From a virus (lineage: Duplodnaviria; Caudoviricetes): a DNA stretch of 64,000 nucleotides. The notes under the pieces are model-generated. The model was not told the origin of the DNA. It worked only from the letters and a program-made list of their open reading frames with translations, and searched no databases. Numbering within the stretch: position 1 is the stretch's first letter; each line of letters opens with the position of its first letter. This document shows positions 8,285 through 20,000 of the stretch, piece after piece. Made by a program: the position numbers and the translations under genes. The stretch lies in IMG/VR virus record IMGVR_UViG_3300005512_002353; one strand, given 5' to 3'.

Positions 8285-11029
8285 ATGGCTTTATCTGAAG
8301 CACAGTTAAAGCAGATTGAAAATGAATCTCTGGCCTTAAAAGCCAGGTCTGATCGTATTACAGCACAGATCAACGACTATGTTTCCACAGTTAACTCAGA
8401 TCTAGATCCAAGTTCACAGTATGTCACTGATGGTAAGGCCCTAGAGGCAGAAGCAGTTGACACCCTGGGGGCGTTAAATGACTTTTACAATTCATCCACA
8501 GTATTAGATGGACGCAGTGATCTAACAAGTCAGACGAGAGTTAACGAAAGTCTTGACACCATCAGAGGCTCAAGAACACAGACTTCATCAGCATTAGAAG
8601 ATGTTCGATCAACACTGGCAACAGTGGGCACTGCAGAACCAGATCCAGAAGTTAGCACTAATTCAGCAGGAGAAATCATTGGCGAAGATGCTGTTAATAG
8701 AACAGAATTTGCTAATACACAGAATCCACCCACCGAACCAGAACAAGGCGGCCTAGCAGTTGAAACACAGTCTAACGCAGAAGAAGATCAATTTAGATCT
8801 ACAGCATTAGACGATGGTGCAACACGAAACGCACAGTCAGAAGATTCGGACGGCGCTGATCAAACCGCAGGCACCACAATACTGTCAACTGGACCAATTC
8901 GAGTTTCTAAGGGATATCTGGCAGAAACTAAGCCTCAAGAAAATGTGTTGAGTCAGTTTGCATCATCAACATATTCAGTGACGATCTACATGCTACGCCC
9001 TGAAGAATATAACACACTGTTAGGACATTCAGCAGATGCCAACACCACCGACATTAACACTGCGGAACTTGCCCAGGACACAAAGAAAGTAGAAGGATTT
9101 AATGCTATATTGGCCAGTGGCGGCTTGCCCAATGGTGGGTTAGATAACTTAACTGGTGATCCATACACCACAGGTGGTGCTATCAGAAATAGATATTTTG
9201 ATCTAGATTACTTCATTGATGATATCCAAATTGACACACTCTTGCCACAACAGGTCCGTGGTGCGTCAAACGCAACTAGTTTAAGTTTTAAAATCACAGA
9301 GCCATATGGTTTTACATTTTTAAATAGATTAAAATTAGCCAGTGAGGATTTAAATGGTAGCCTAGGTGGCAAGGATTGGATCAAACAGCACTATCTCATG
9401 GTCATAAGATTTTATGGTTACAAAGATGATGGAACCCTGTCCACAGATCAGAAAAACGTGCTAAGTGACGAGCCTATAGAATCTAGATTCATTCCATTTA
9501 AGTTTACTAATATTACCACAAGAGCCGCAACGGGTGCTGTGGAATATGATTGTCAAGCGGTGCCAATCAATCATTTCGAAGCAATGAGTCAAAAACGTGC
9601 ATCAATTAAATATCAGGTTGAAATAAACGGACAGACTCTTGAAAACTTATTTAATGGTAAACTAAGTCAAACGGCTGAAGGCAGAGTTGTCAGCACTGGG
9701 CTTGTAGAATCAATCAATAATTATTATAAAAAATTAGTTGAGGACGGAGTAATTGATATAGCAGACCAATACGAAGTTCAATTTGATTCTGAAATAGGCA
9801 AACAAAAAATAATTCCACCGGGTTCAACCAAGAAAAACAGAACGCCAATGGCTGACCCTGGTTCATTTAATCCTGCATTACAATCGGTGCAGAAAAATAG
9901 TCTTACGATGTCAGTTAATGCTGGCACACAGTTTCAACATTTTATTGATCAGGCAGTGAGAACCAGCGAATGGATCACAAAACAACAGACAAAGTATATA
10001 GATCCAAACACTAGAAAGCCTGTGGTCAGGACGTCAAATAATTTATTACAGTGGTATAGGATCACTAGTTCCTCTAAAACCTTGGGCTACGACAACAAGA
10101 GAAAAGATTACGCATACAAGATCACATATTATGTGGCAAGAAGTGGTGTAGGAGATGTTAAATCAGCATTCTTTCCTAAAAAGCCATTCAATGGTTGCCA
10201 AAAAAGATACAAATATTGGTTCACTGGAGAAAATACGGAAATATTAAATTACGAAGTAGACTTCAATGCTCTTTACTATGTGTCATCAAGTCCAGATGTT
10301 GCTCCTGATGTCACAGACGTAGGCACAGTGGGAGAGACCACAAGCCCTGGACCAGCAGACCAAAGCATACAAGGCGGTGCTGATCTGTCTGGGGATCCGG
10401 CGGCTCGTGCGGCATCAGTGTTATATTCACCTACTGACTACGCAACATTAAATTTAAAAATACTGGGTGATCCTTTTTATATACAACAGGGCGATATATT
10501 CTATAGAAGTCTCCGAGGCCCATTGGATAATAATCCAGGATTCCTGCCAGATGGTTCGGCAGATTTTGATTCAGGTGAAGTCCTATTAGAAGTTGATTAC
10601 AACACCATAGAAGACTATAATGAAGTAACAGGTGAGGCTAAACCTAGACCGATTGAATTAAAGTCACCGGAAGAAACAGCAAGAACTGTAACAGACAGTG
10701 GTATACAGTATAAAGGATTAATATATCAAGTAACACAGGTATCCAATAATTTTTCAAAAGGTATATTCACACAAGACATACAGGGTGTCCTAAGACAATA
10801 CCTTAGTGGAGATCCAAAAGGAAAACAAACCACAGAAGAAGTAAAACCATCTACCAGTAATGTTTATGGCAGTGTGGATATGGCAAGCCAGCAAGTGGTA
10901 ATACCACCAATACTAGTCCAACAACAAAAAACTTCTACCACGACCTCTTCCAATATACAGTCAACCCAAACTGCATTTGGCAGTAATCAGGCACCAACTT
11001 TTGTGGCACCGGATGAGGATGCAGGTTAA
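8285..11029 (+). CDS. baseplate hub protein (gp27/gpD-like) with acidic N-terminal extension
   Basis: Position between gp53 and gp5; 'LKILGDP' and 'GLIYQVTQVSNNFSKGIFTQ' hub-like C-terminus. Confidence 0.55.
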   Translation: MALSEAQLKQIENESLALKARSDRITAQINDYVSTVNSDLDPSSQYVTDGKALEAEAVDTLGALNDFYNSSTVLDGRSDLTSQTRVNESLDTIRGSRTQTSSALEDVRSTLATVGTAEPDPEVSTNSAGEIIGEDAVNRTEFANTQNPPTEPEQGGLAVETQSNAEEDQFRSTALDDGATRNAQSEDSDGADQTAGTTILSTGPIRVSKGYLAETKPQENVLSQFASSTYSVTIYMLRPEEYNTLLGHSADANTTDINTAELAQDTKKVEGFNAILASGGLPNGGLDNLTGDPYTTGGAIRNRYFDLDYFIDDIQIDTLLPQQVRGASNATSLSFKITEPYGFTFLNRLKLASEDLNGSLGGKDWIKQHYLMVIRFYGYKDDGTLSTDQKNVLSDEPIESRFIPFKFTNITTRAATGAVEYDCQAVPINHFEAMSQKRASIKYQVEINGQTLENLFNGKLSQTAEGRVVSTGLVESINNYYKKLVEDGVIDIADQYEVQFDSEIGKQKIIPPGSTKKNRTPMADPGSFNPALQSVQKNSLTMSVNAGTQFQHFIDQAVRTSEWITKQQTKYIDPNTRKPVVRTSNNLLQWYRITSSSKTLGYDNKRKDYAYKITYYVARSGVGDVKSAFFPKKPFNGCQKRYKYWFTGENTEILNYEVDFNALYYVSSSPDVAPDVTDVGTVGETTSPGPADQSIQGGADLSGDPAARAASVLYSPTDYATLNLKILGDPFYIQQGDIFYRSLRGPLDNNPGFLPDGSADFDSGEVLLEVDYNTIEDYNEVTGEAKPRPIELKSPEETARTVTDSGIQYKGLIYQVTQVSNNFSKGIFTQDIQGVLRQYLSGDPKGKQTTEEVKPSTSNVYGSVDMASQQVVIPPILVQQQKTSTTTSSNIQSTQTAFGSNQAPTFVAPDEDAG

Positions 11030-11037
11030 ATAGCGAT

Positions 11038-13185
11038 ATGGCAGAAAACGTTAATAGAAATTTAGGTAGAGGCACAGGCTTTCAATTAGACAAGGGCGGT
11101 GCAGTAACCGAATCGGGTCCTTTTATAGGCGTTGTCAAAAACAATATTGACCCTACACGTTCGGGACGCATACAGGTTTTTATTGAAACTTATTCAGGAT
11201 TAAAAGAAGAAGATCAGGACAACTGGAGAACCTTAAACTATCTTAGCCCGTTTATGGGTGTGACCAATCAGAACAATCAAAACTTTGGCACTGATGAAAC
11301 AGGTGATTTCTTTAATAGACAAAGTTACGGTATGTGGTGGTCAGCACCTGATGTTGGCACCAAAGTATTATGTTTCTTTGCCAATGGTGATCCTAACCAA
11401 GGTTACTATATAGGTTCAATTATGGAGCCAGGCATTGGCCACATGCTACCCGCAATTGGCGCTACCAATAACTATGTTAAAACAGGCAATTGGGGCGACT
11501 CATATAGCAAACTACCAGTAACTGAAATTAATGTAAAATCCCTAGACATCAGCGAAGACCCTCAATTTTATAACAGAGCTAAACCTGTTCATGACGTATT
11601 GGCAGGACAACTAGCAGTCCAAGGCTTATTGAGAGACCCTGTCAGGGGTCCTATCAGCACTAGCAGTCAACGTGAAACACCTTCGAAAGTGTTTGGATTC
11701 TCAACACCAGGTCCTGCTATCACTGTTGATGCTAATAAAGTTAACACATTGGCCAGACTGGGCGGACACAGTTTAGTAATGGATGATGGTGATACCGACG
11801 GCAACGATCAATTAGTTCGTATTAGGACATCAGCAGGTCATCAGATCACACTCAGTGACAGTGGCGAGTCAATTTATATTACACATGCCAATGGACACAG
11901 TTGGGTTGAATTAGGTAAGGAAGGAACGCTGGATGTATTTTCTACTAATTCAGTTAACGTGAGAACCAAGGGTGATATTAACCTACACGCCGACAACGAC
12001 ATCAACATGTATGCAGGCAGAAACTTTAATGCGTTCAGTAAGGCTAATATGCGGTTAGAATCTACAATAACAAGTATTCGCAGTGAAGCAGAATTAAAAT
12101 TATATTCAAAATTAAAATTAGTAGCACGTTCAGATAATATTTTGGCCTTAGATGCAGAAGAAATAGGATCATTTGATGGGGGCGACAGTCTAGTATTTTC
12201 AGCAGACTGTATTTCACTTAATTCGGGTGCAGGTGTTCCTGTGTCTGCGGCCACTGCTATAAGAAAAAATAAAGTAGCAGAAACAGATTTCAAATCAGAA
12301 TGGACGGCAGAAGGTGGAAAACTAGAAACTATTGCCACAAGAGTTCCAACGCATGAACCATGGCCATATCACAACAGAGGAATACAAAATTCTGTAGACT
12401 ACACAGGCTCGTTAAACACAGAATTTCCTCAATATACCACAGAGGCTCTACAGACTGCGGCACAATTCTCACCTGATGGTATTGCCATTGATGATTGGAC
12501 CAGTGTGGAAAGAGCAACAGTTGAAATTGGCACACTGAATACTGATCAATTAACAGGCATCAAAGCACAGATTGCTAAAAATACTGCACAAGATTATCTA
12601 GACTTTAGCCTAGCAAAAGGTGCAGGTAAGTTTGGTCTATCAGCAGAGCAACTAGAACGTGCAGGATATCTAACACCAGGCACAGTAGCAAACTATCTCG
12701 GCGACCCTGCAGACACTGAACGACTATTAAACAACACTAACTTCTGGACAGAAAAAGATGGCATCAGTGACTTGCCAGCATTCTTAAATTCAACGTCAGC
12801 CCAAGAGTCAGCAGTGCAGTTGACCATGCAGGACAGTTTCTCAAAATTAAGATCCAATGGTGTGTTAAAAGGCACAGAAGCACCAGGAGACCTAGGCGGT
12901 ATACTCACAGGTTCAGTGGAGTATGGAGTGGACAATGCAGTTAAATGGGCCAAAGGTAGAGATCTAAATTCAGAAACTAAAAATGGAATATCACAGGCTG
13001 TGAGAGATGGACAGTTTGCTGTGGCATTTACAGATGAAAAAATATCTACCACAGTATCAGCATTTAGCTCACCTGGTGGATATTCAAACACGATCAATGA
13101 TCAAGGTGTAAAAGATTCTGTTAATGCAACCATTGACAATCCATTGATTACTGGATCGTCTGGGCCAACAATGACATCTTTCTAG
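11038..13185 (+). CDS. baseplate central spike (gp5/VgrG-like) with C-terminal lysozyme-like extension
   Basis: OB-fold 'GVVKNNIDPTRSGRIQV...PDVGTKVLCFF', beta-helix 'RTSAGHQI...HANGHSWVEL', His-rich tip 'THEPWPYH'. Confidence 0.75.
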   Translation: MAENVNRNLGRGTGFQLDKGGAVTESGPFIGVVKNNIDPTRSGRIQVFIETYSGLKEEDQDNWRTLNYLSPFMGVTNQNNQNFGTDETGDFFNRQSYGMWWSAPDVGTKVLCFFANGDPNQGYYIGSIMEPGIGHMLPAIGATNNYVKTGNWGDSYSKLPVTEINVKSLDISEDPQFYNRAKPVHDVLAGQLAVQGLLRDPVRGPISTSSQRETPSKVFGFSTPGPAITVDANKVNTLARLGGHSLVMDDGDTDGNDQLVRIRTSAGHQITLSDSGESIYITHANGHSWVELGKEGTLDVFSTNSVNVRTKGDINLHADNDINMYAGRNFNAFSKANMRLESTITSIRSEAELKLYSKLKLVARSDNILALDAEEIGSFDGGDSLVFSADCISLNSGAGVPVSAATAIRKNKVAETDFKSEWTAEGGKLETIATRVPTHEPWPYHNRGIQNSVDYTGSLNTEFPQYTTEALQTAAQFSPDGIAIDDWTSVERATVEIGTLNTDQLTGIKAQIAKNTAQDYLDFSLAKGAGKFGLSAEQLERAGYLTPGTVANYLGDPADTERLLNNTNFWTEKDGISDLPAFLNSTSAQESAVQLTMQDSFSKLRSNGVLKGTEAPGDLGGILTGSVEYGVDNAVKWAKGRDLNSETKNGISQAVRDGQFAVAFTDEKISTTVSAFSSPGGYSNTINDQGVKDSVNATIDNPLITGSSGPTMTSF

Positions 13186-13200
13186 GTAATAAATACTACT

Positions 13201-13575
13201 ATGGCAACCTACTACGGATTTAACACAATAGATCAAAATAAGAAATTTCGTTTAGAAGACTATGAATTAGTCAAACGAGATGTGCTTAACAGTCTATTAA
13301 TTAAACAGGGTGAAAAACCTGGTAGACCTGACTACGGCACCAATGTTTGGAATATTATCTTTGAACCCATGACTGATGAAATCATGCGTGAAATTGAAAG
13401 AGAAATTAAAAGAACAGTGGGCCAAGATCCTAGAATTAAAATAGAAAGATTATCAGTATTTCCAAAAGAAAATGGCGTCTTAATTGAGATTGACGTCACA
13501 GTATTATCAACCACAGAAGTGCAACGTTTAACGTTGTTCTTTGATCAAAATCTAAACACAGTTTCAGCACAGTAA
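13201..13575 (+). CDS. gp25: baseplate wedge subunit gp25-like
   Basis: 'GEKPGRPDYGT..IFEP', 'DPRI' motifs; 124 aa. Confidence 0.85.
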   Translation: MATYYGFNTIDQNKKFRLEDYELVKRDVLNSLLIKQGEKPGRPDYGTNVWNIIFEPMTDEIMREIEREIKRTVGQDPRIKIERLSVFPKENGVLIEIDVTVLSTTEVQRLTLFFDQNLNTVSAQ

Positions 13576-13626
13576 TAATATACGCAGTTATCTAAAGTGA
13601 TAAATATTGGATAACAGAGAGATATT

Positions 13627-16600
13627 ATGGCTAAGACTACTAGACAAACATCAATATTTGGAGCGGAAGACTGGAAGAGATTATATCAGACTTTCCGTGA
13701 GGCAGACCTTCAGAGCTATGACTACGAAACACTTCGTAAGTCTATGGTTGACTATCTCAGATTATATTATCCTGAGACATTCAATGACTTTACTGAATCA
13801 AGTGAATTTGTTGCTCTAATGGACTTAATGGCTTTCATGGGCCAAGGTCTTGCTTTCCGTAATGATTTAAATGCACGTGAAAACTTTATTGACACAGCAG
13901 AGCGTAGAGACAGTGTAGTTAAACTAGCAGAGCTAGTAGGATACAAACCTAAACGTAATCAAAACGCACAGGGCTATATTAAAGTCACAGGTGTAACCAC
14001 AACAGAATCAGTCACTGACTACAATGGTAATAACCTTAGTGGTGTAACAGTGCGTTGGAATGATTCAACCAATGCTGACTGGTATGAACAGTTCAATACT
14101 ATAATGAATGCCGCTATGGTATCTAGTCAGCGTTTTGGTCGTCCTGGTCACGGTCAGAGCCTATTAGGTGTGCAGACAGATGAATACGAATTAAATGTAA
14201 CTCCTGGTTACCTACCGGTTGTGCCATTTGAGTCCACAGTGGACGGTGTTGGCATGAGCTTTGAAGTTACTTCAGCAACATCAGCAGACAAGACATATAT
14301 CTATGAACCAGCACCACAACCAGACGGCGCCATGAATGTTCTCTATCGCAATGACAAACTAGGTTATGGTTCAGCAAACACAGGTTACTTCTTTTACTTT
14401 AAACAAGGTTCATTGATTAATCAACAGTTCACACTAGGTGAGCGTATTTCAAATCGTGCTGTTGATATTGCCATTGATGGCGTCAACAATGATGACGTTT
14501 GGTTATTTGAAGTTGAGAACAATACTTTGACAGAATGGTTAAAGGTAGATTCAATTTATGGTGTAGGTGCTACACCTGTGGCAGACGGACAACAAAGAAC
14601 AGTTTACTCAGTAGAAAGTGCGGCCAATGATACAATAACAATTAACTTTGGTGATGGTATATTTGCTAAAATACCAGTAGGCACATATAGAACTTATGTG
14701 AGAACTTCGAATGGTTTAGAATATGTGATTAATCCAAATGAAATTCAATCAGTGACAGTGAGTCTACCATACACATCACGCAATGGTAGAAATGAGCAGA
14801 TCACATTTACACTTGGACTCCAAGAACCAGTAACAAATGCCAAGGCAAGAGAAACTCTAGATGAAATTAAAACCAGAGCTCCTGCCAGATTCTATACACA
14901 GAATAGAATGGTCAACGGTGAAGACTATAACAACTTCCCTTACACACAGTATACATCAATACTAAGATCAAAGGCAGTTGGCAGATCAAGTATTGGTCTT
15001 AATAGATATCTAGATTTGTTAGATCCAACAGGCAAATACTCATCTACTAACGCATTCTGTGCAGATGGCATGCTGTATAGGGACTATCTAGATCCTAACT
15101 ACACATTTACTTTTGTTGATACCAATGACATTTCAGCAAGTATCGCTAATGATCTAGAACCTAAATTATCAGCTCGAGCTATGCGTCATTTTTATAATGA
15201 TAAATTTGCCAGAATTAATCTAACATCAACAGATATATTATGGCAACAGTCAACCACAACAACTAATCAGTCAACTGGTTATTTTAAAACAGCCGCAGGC
15301 GGTGTAATAGCAGTTGGTGATATTGCTTCAGGCAATACAAAATATATTGTCAATGGTGCATTAATTAAATTTGAAGCACCCGCAGGTTATTTCTTTGATA
15401 GTAATAATAAATTAAAAGCAGGCACGCCAACAGGCGCTAACGAAAAATTAGTAGTGTGGGCAACTGTGACAAGCCTGACAGGAGACGGCACTAACTTTGG
15501 TGAAGGTAATCTAGCAGATGGCTCAGGACCTGTAGCATTAAATGATTTCTTACCAACAGGCGCCGACGTAACAGAAGTTATTCCGGTGTTTGTCACAGAC
15601 ATTCCTGCATCAATTGAAACACTGATGATTGAACAGGTTGAACTATATCGTAACTTTGGCATAGGCTTTGACAATCAAACAGGCAACTGGTATATTATTT
15701 CAGCAGATAATTTAAATGAGAATGCTGAATTTAATCTATCATACGCTAAGAACACAGATAGACTACAGCGAGATGCGTCATGGTTAGCACAGTTTACCAC
15801 AGACGGCACGACTTATACAGTAAAATATCGTAATTTAAATTATTATTTTGCTTCAGTGGCTGAAAATAGATTTATTTCAGATTCAAACGACAACATATAT
15901 GATCCTCAAACGGGACAAGTAGTCAATGATTTTGTTAATGTTATTAAAATGAACTCAGGACCTGACTCAAATTCAGCACTGTCAACAGATATTAAATTAG
16001 ATGTTGTTGGACAGGAAGTTGAAACAGACGGATTCATTGACAATTTTAAAATTCTAGTAAGTTATGCAGACTCAGATGCAGATGGTGTAGCAGATAATCC
16101 AGATATATTTAATGATATCGTGGCACCCAGCACCAATGCCGCAACTAAAAAAATATTCTTACAGAAAATCACTGATTTTGATAATCTAGAAAGATATACT
16201 CCGGTAGCGTCTGGTGTGATCAATACACTGTATGCTGACCTAGATGCCATGGAGTTGGCCAAGTCAGAATATCTAGACGGACAAGTGTTTTATGGAACAA
16301 CATCAGGCTTGTTCTATACATTAACAGTGTCCGGAACAACATATACACTGACACAAACAACAGATTATCTAGCAAAAACAGGACGCCAGGACTTATACTT
16401 CCACTATAGACACAATTCAAGTGACAGTAAACGTATTGATCCTGCTATCACAAACATTATTGATTTATATTTGGTCACTAATGCTTACTACACAGCATAT
16501 CAAAACTGGATCAATGATACAACAGGCAAGGTCACAGAGCCAGCACAGCCAACCATTGATGAATTAACGATTGCATACTCAGGATTGAATGATTATAAGA

Positions 16601-17025
16601 TGTTGAGTGACAACATGATCATGAATTCCGTAACATTTAAACCATTATTTGGTGCAAAGGCCGCAACAGAACTACAGGCTAAAATTAAAGTAATCAAATA
16701 TCAAGGTGTTATCACTTCAACCAGTGAAATTAAATCACGTGTCGTAGAAGCAATGAATGAATATTTTACAATTGATAAATGGGACTTTGGTGATACATTC
16801 TATTTCTCAGAATTATCAGCATACCTACATGAACAACTAGGTGATATCGTATCAAGTGTTGTGCTTGTTCCAAATGATCCAACTAAATCATTTGGTGATT
16901 TATACGAAGTCAGATCAGCACCTGACGAGATTTTTGTAAATGCGGCCACAGTTAATGACATTGACGTAGTTGATGCACTAACTTCAAGCGTATTAAGAAC
17001 AGCAACTAACAGTGGGATTGTTTAA
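13627..17025 (+). CDS. baseplate wedge protein gp6 / baseplate J-like
   Basis: 'FIDTAERRDSVVKLAELVGYKP', 'FGDGIF', 'QNRMVNGEDY' motifs; follows gp25. Confidence 0.8.
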   Translation: MAKTTRQTSIFGAEDWKRLYQTFREADLQSYDYETLRKSMVDYLRLYYPETFNDFTESSEFVALMDLMAFMGQGLAFRNDLNARENFIDTAERRDSVVKLAELVGYKPKRNQNAQGYIKVTGVTTTESVTDYNGNNLSGVTVRWNDSTNADWYEQFNTIMNAAMVSSQRFGRPGHGQSLLGVQTDEYELNVTPGYLPVVPFESTVDGVGMSFEVTSATSADKTYIYEPAPQPDGAMNVLYRNDKLGYGSANTGYFFYFKQGSLINQQFTLGERISNRAVDIAIDGVNNDDVWLFEVENNTLTEWLKVDSIYGVGATPVADGQQRTVYSVESAANDTITINFGDGIFAKIPVGTYRTYVRTSNGLEYVINPNEIQSVTVSLPYTSRNGRNEQITFTLGLQEPVTNAKARETLDEIKTRAPARFYTQNRMVNGEDYNNFPYTQYTSILRSKAVGRSSIGLNRYLDLLDPTGKYSSTNAFCADGMLYRDYLDPNYTFTFVDTNDISASIANDLEPKLSARAMRHFYNDKFARINLTSTDILWQQSTTTTNQSTGYFKTAAGGVIAVGDIASGNTKYIVNGALIKFEAPAGYFFDSNNKLKAGTPTGANEKLVVWATVTSLTGDGTNFGEGNLADGSGPVALNDFLPTGADVTEVIPVFVTDIPASIETLMIEQVELYRNFGIGFDNQTGNWYIISADNLNENAEFNLSYAKNTDRLQRDASWLAQFTTDGTTYTVKYRNLNYYFASVAENRFISDSNDNIYDPQTGQVVNDFVNVIKMNSGPDSNSALSTDIKLDVVGQEVETDGFIDNFKILVSYADSDADGVADNPDIFNDIVAPSTNAATKKIFLQKITDFDNLERYTPVASGVINTLYADLDAMELAKSEYLDGQVFYGTTSGLFYTLTVSGTTYTLTQTTDYLAKTGRQDLYFHYRHNSSDSKRIDPAITNIIDLYLVTNAYYTAYQNWINDTTGKVTEPAQPTIDELTIAYSGLNDYKMLSDNMIMNSVTFKPLFGAKAATELQAKIKVIKYQGVITSTSEIKSRVVEAMNEYFTIDKWDFGDTFYFSELSAYLHEQLGDIVSSVVLVPNDPTKSFGDLYEVRSAPDEIFVNAATVNDIDVVDALTSSVLRTATNSGIV

Positions 17026-20000
17026 TGGCAACAACTAGAATAAGATCGGTAGATCTACTACCTGAGATATTTAGAACTGAAACCAACAAAAAGTTCTTAG
17101 CATCTACCCTAGATCAAATGATCCAACCATCACGCCTACAGCGTGTTGAAGGATATGTTGGTCGTGGCTACGGTCTGGGTGTTAACCCAGCAGACAATTA
17201 TGTTCTAGAGCCAAACAAAGAAAGAACAGACTATCAGTTAGAACCTGCAATCACATATAAAGTTGCTAATACCGATAAAACACGTGATCTAATCACATAT
17301 CCTGAACTGCTTGATGCTATCCAGGTGCACGGTGGCGATGTATCTAGACACGATAGATTATTTTCAAGTGAATTCTATTCATGGGATCCTTTTGTTGATT
17401 ATGATAAGTTTGTTAACTTTGGACAATACTATTGGTTAAGCAGTGGACCTGATCCTGTTGATGTTCAAGCAACTGAAATAGCAACATCAGACTCATACGC
17501 TGTAACACGTCTAGACGATGGATATAATTTAGAAGGACAGGCAGGCGACAATCCAACTATTACGTTGGTCAGGGGCGGCAACTACACATTTGAAGTAGAA
17601 CAAACAGGTAATCCATTCTGGATACAAGCATCACCAGGCACCGACGGAACACTGACACAAACACCAAATATATCAGCAAGAACTATTTTAGGTGTTACCA
17701 ACAACGGTGAGGATAATGGCACAGTAACTTTTAACGTTCCTGACTCGACAGCACAGAATTTTTACTATAATTTAAATGATCTGGGTGATGTAGATCTAGC
17801 AACTGATCTTAAGTTTGATCAAATTAATAATCGTTATGTTGATGAATTCTTAGCAGACACAGATGGAATTGATCAAATTAGAGACCTAGACGGTAGAACC
17901 CTGATCTTTTTAAGTCGCAACACTGAAACAGATCCAGAATTATCAGGATGGCGCATAACAGATCAATTTGACAACGCTAACTTTGATACTACTAATTACG
18001 CACAGGAAACAGCGATATCAACATCAGCACAGCGTTATTCAGTGTGGCGTATTGAATATGTTGCAGGCCCTGATGGCAGAAACTATATTAAATTAAATTC
18101 CACATTATCAGTTCCACAAAATTCAAAGGTAGAAATACAATACGGTTCAGTAAATTCGTCAAGAACATTCTGGAAAAATGCTGAAGGGTTCTTTGAGGAA
18201 CAACCATTACTGACAGCCACAATGGATCAACTATGGTATCAGGATGGTAACGATGCTACTAAGTTTGGTGTAATTAAAATTGTTGACCAAGCAGATCAAT
18301 TAACTCTAGATGTTGAAGATGACATTGTAGGCAAGACAGGATACACATCACCCAATGGTGTTGCGTTTACCAACGGATTAAAAGTTAAATTTCGTGGCAC
18401 CACAGAGCCAGCAGATTATCAGGATAAAGAATATTACGTCGAAGGCGTGGGCACTGCAATTAAATTATTAGCAGTAGCAGATTTTAAAACACCAGAAGAG
18501 TTTACTAATTCAGAAACACTACCGTTTGATTCAACAGCCTATGACGCTTCACCGTGGGATGAGTCATTGAACGCTCCCAAAGATGCAGACTACTACACAA
18601 TTAATCGAGCAAGTTTAGATAAAAATGCTTGGACAAGATCAAATCGTTGGTTCCATGTTGACGTAATTAACAAAACTGCTGAATATAATAATTCAGTGGC
18701 CATACTAGATCAGAATCTGAGAGCGAAAAGACCTGTTGTTGAATTTAAAGCAGGCCTGAGATTATACAACTACGGCACACTGGGCAAAGAAGAAATTGAT
18801 ATTATTGATTTAAATCAAACAGATGCATTGTCAAATGTCAACGGCAAGGTAGGATATTCAACAAACGGCTATGCACTGGTTGACGGTTCTAGAGTTATTT
18901 TTGCCAACGATCTGGATCCAGAAGTAAGAAATAAAATATATCAAGTTGAATTAATTGATGAGGACGGTGTCTCATCAACAGATAAGATTATTAATCTAAC
19001 AGTGGCCAGCGATGGTGTTGTGGCAACAGACGATGTTGTTTATCTATCCAGTGGTGCTACTCTTCAAGGCAAGACATATAGATACAATGGCACTAGTTGG
19101 GTAGAAGCACAGCAGAAAACAACAGTTAATCAGGCACCTTTGTTTGATATTTTTGATGTAAATGGACGTAGCCTAGGTGACAATACATATTACCCATCAA
19201 CAAACTTTAAAGGCACTAAACTATTTTCTTATGCAGAAGGTTCGGGTGCAGTTGATCCGATATTAAATCAAAGATTAAAATACTTAAACATTGACAATGT
19301 GGGCGACATTGTGTTTGATAATAATCTAGAAAAAGACACATTTACCTACACTGTTGATTCAACATCTACTACTAAATCAATTAACTTTGGTTTTGTTCAT
19401 AACTATTCATCAAGAACTGCTTATGATCAAGAAATAGGTTGGAAGAAACATAATAATAAATCAATACAGTATCAAGCTCTAACATTTACTTGGGCTGGTG
19501 TTGATCTGGTATGTGATGTCCCCGCCAAAACATCAGTGGAAAATCCAGTGATTGTTTATGTAAACAATGTTTATCAGGAGCCAAGTAGATATTCTTACAC
19601 AGTGAGTTCAACACAGACCACTGTGACATTTGCTACAAACTACATACCTAAGACAGGTGACAACATTGTTATTCAGATACAAAGTGACGTAGCAAGTTCA
19701 GCAGGCTTTTATGAAGTTCCAGATAATCTAGCAAACAATTCACCTAACGGTTCTTTCAATGACATCACACTAGGAACAATTAGAAATCACTATATTGATC
19801 TTGCACAGCATATCACTAAATTATCAGGACAAGTGCTAGGTAAAAATAATATTAGAGACCTAGGCGATGTTGTTCCTTACGGTAATAAAATTGTTCAACA
19901 AGGCTCGCCACTACAACTAGCGGCCACATTTACTCGTGATTCAAACATTAATTTCTTTGAAGCATTAAACTATGCTAGTCGTGAATATGAAAAATATAAA

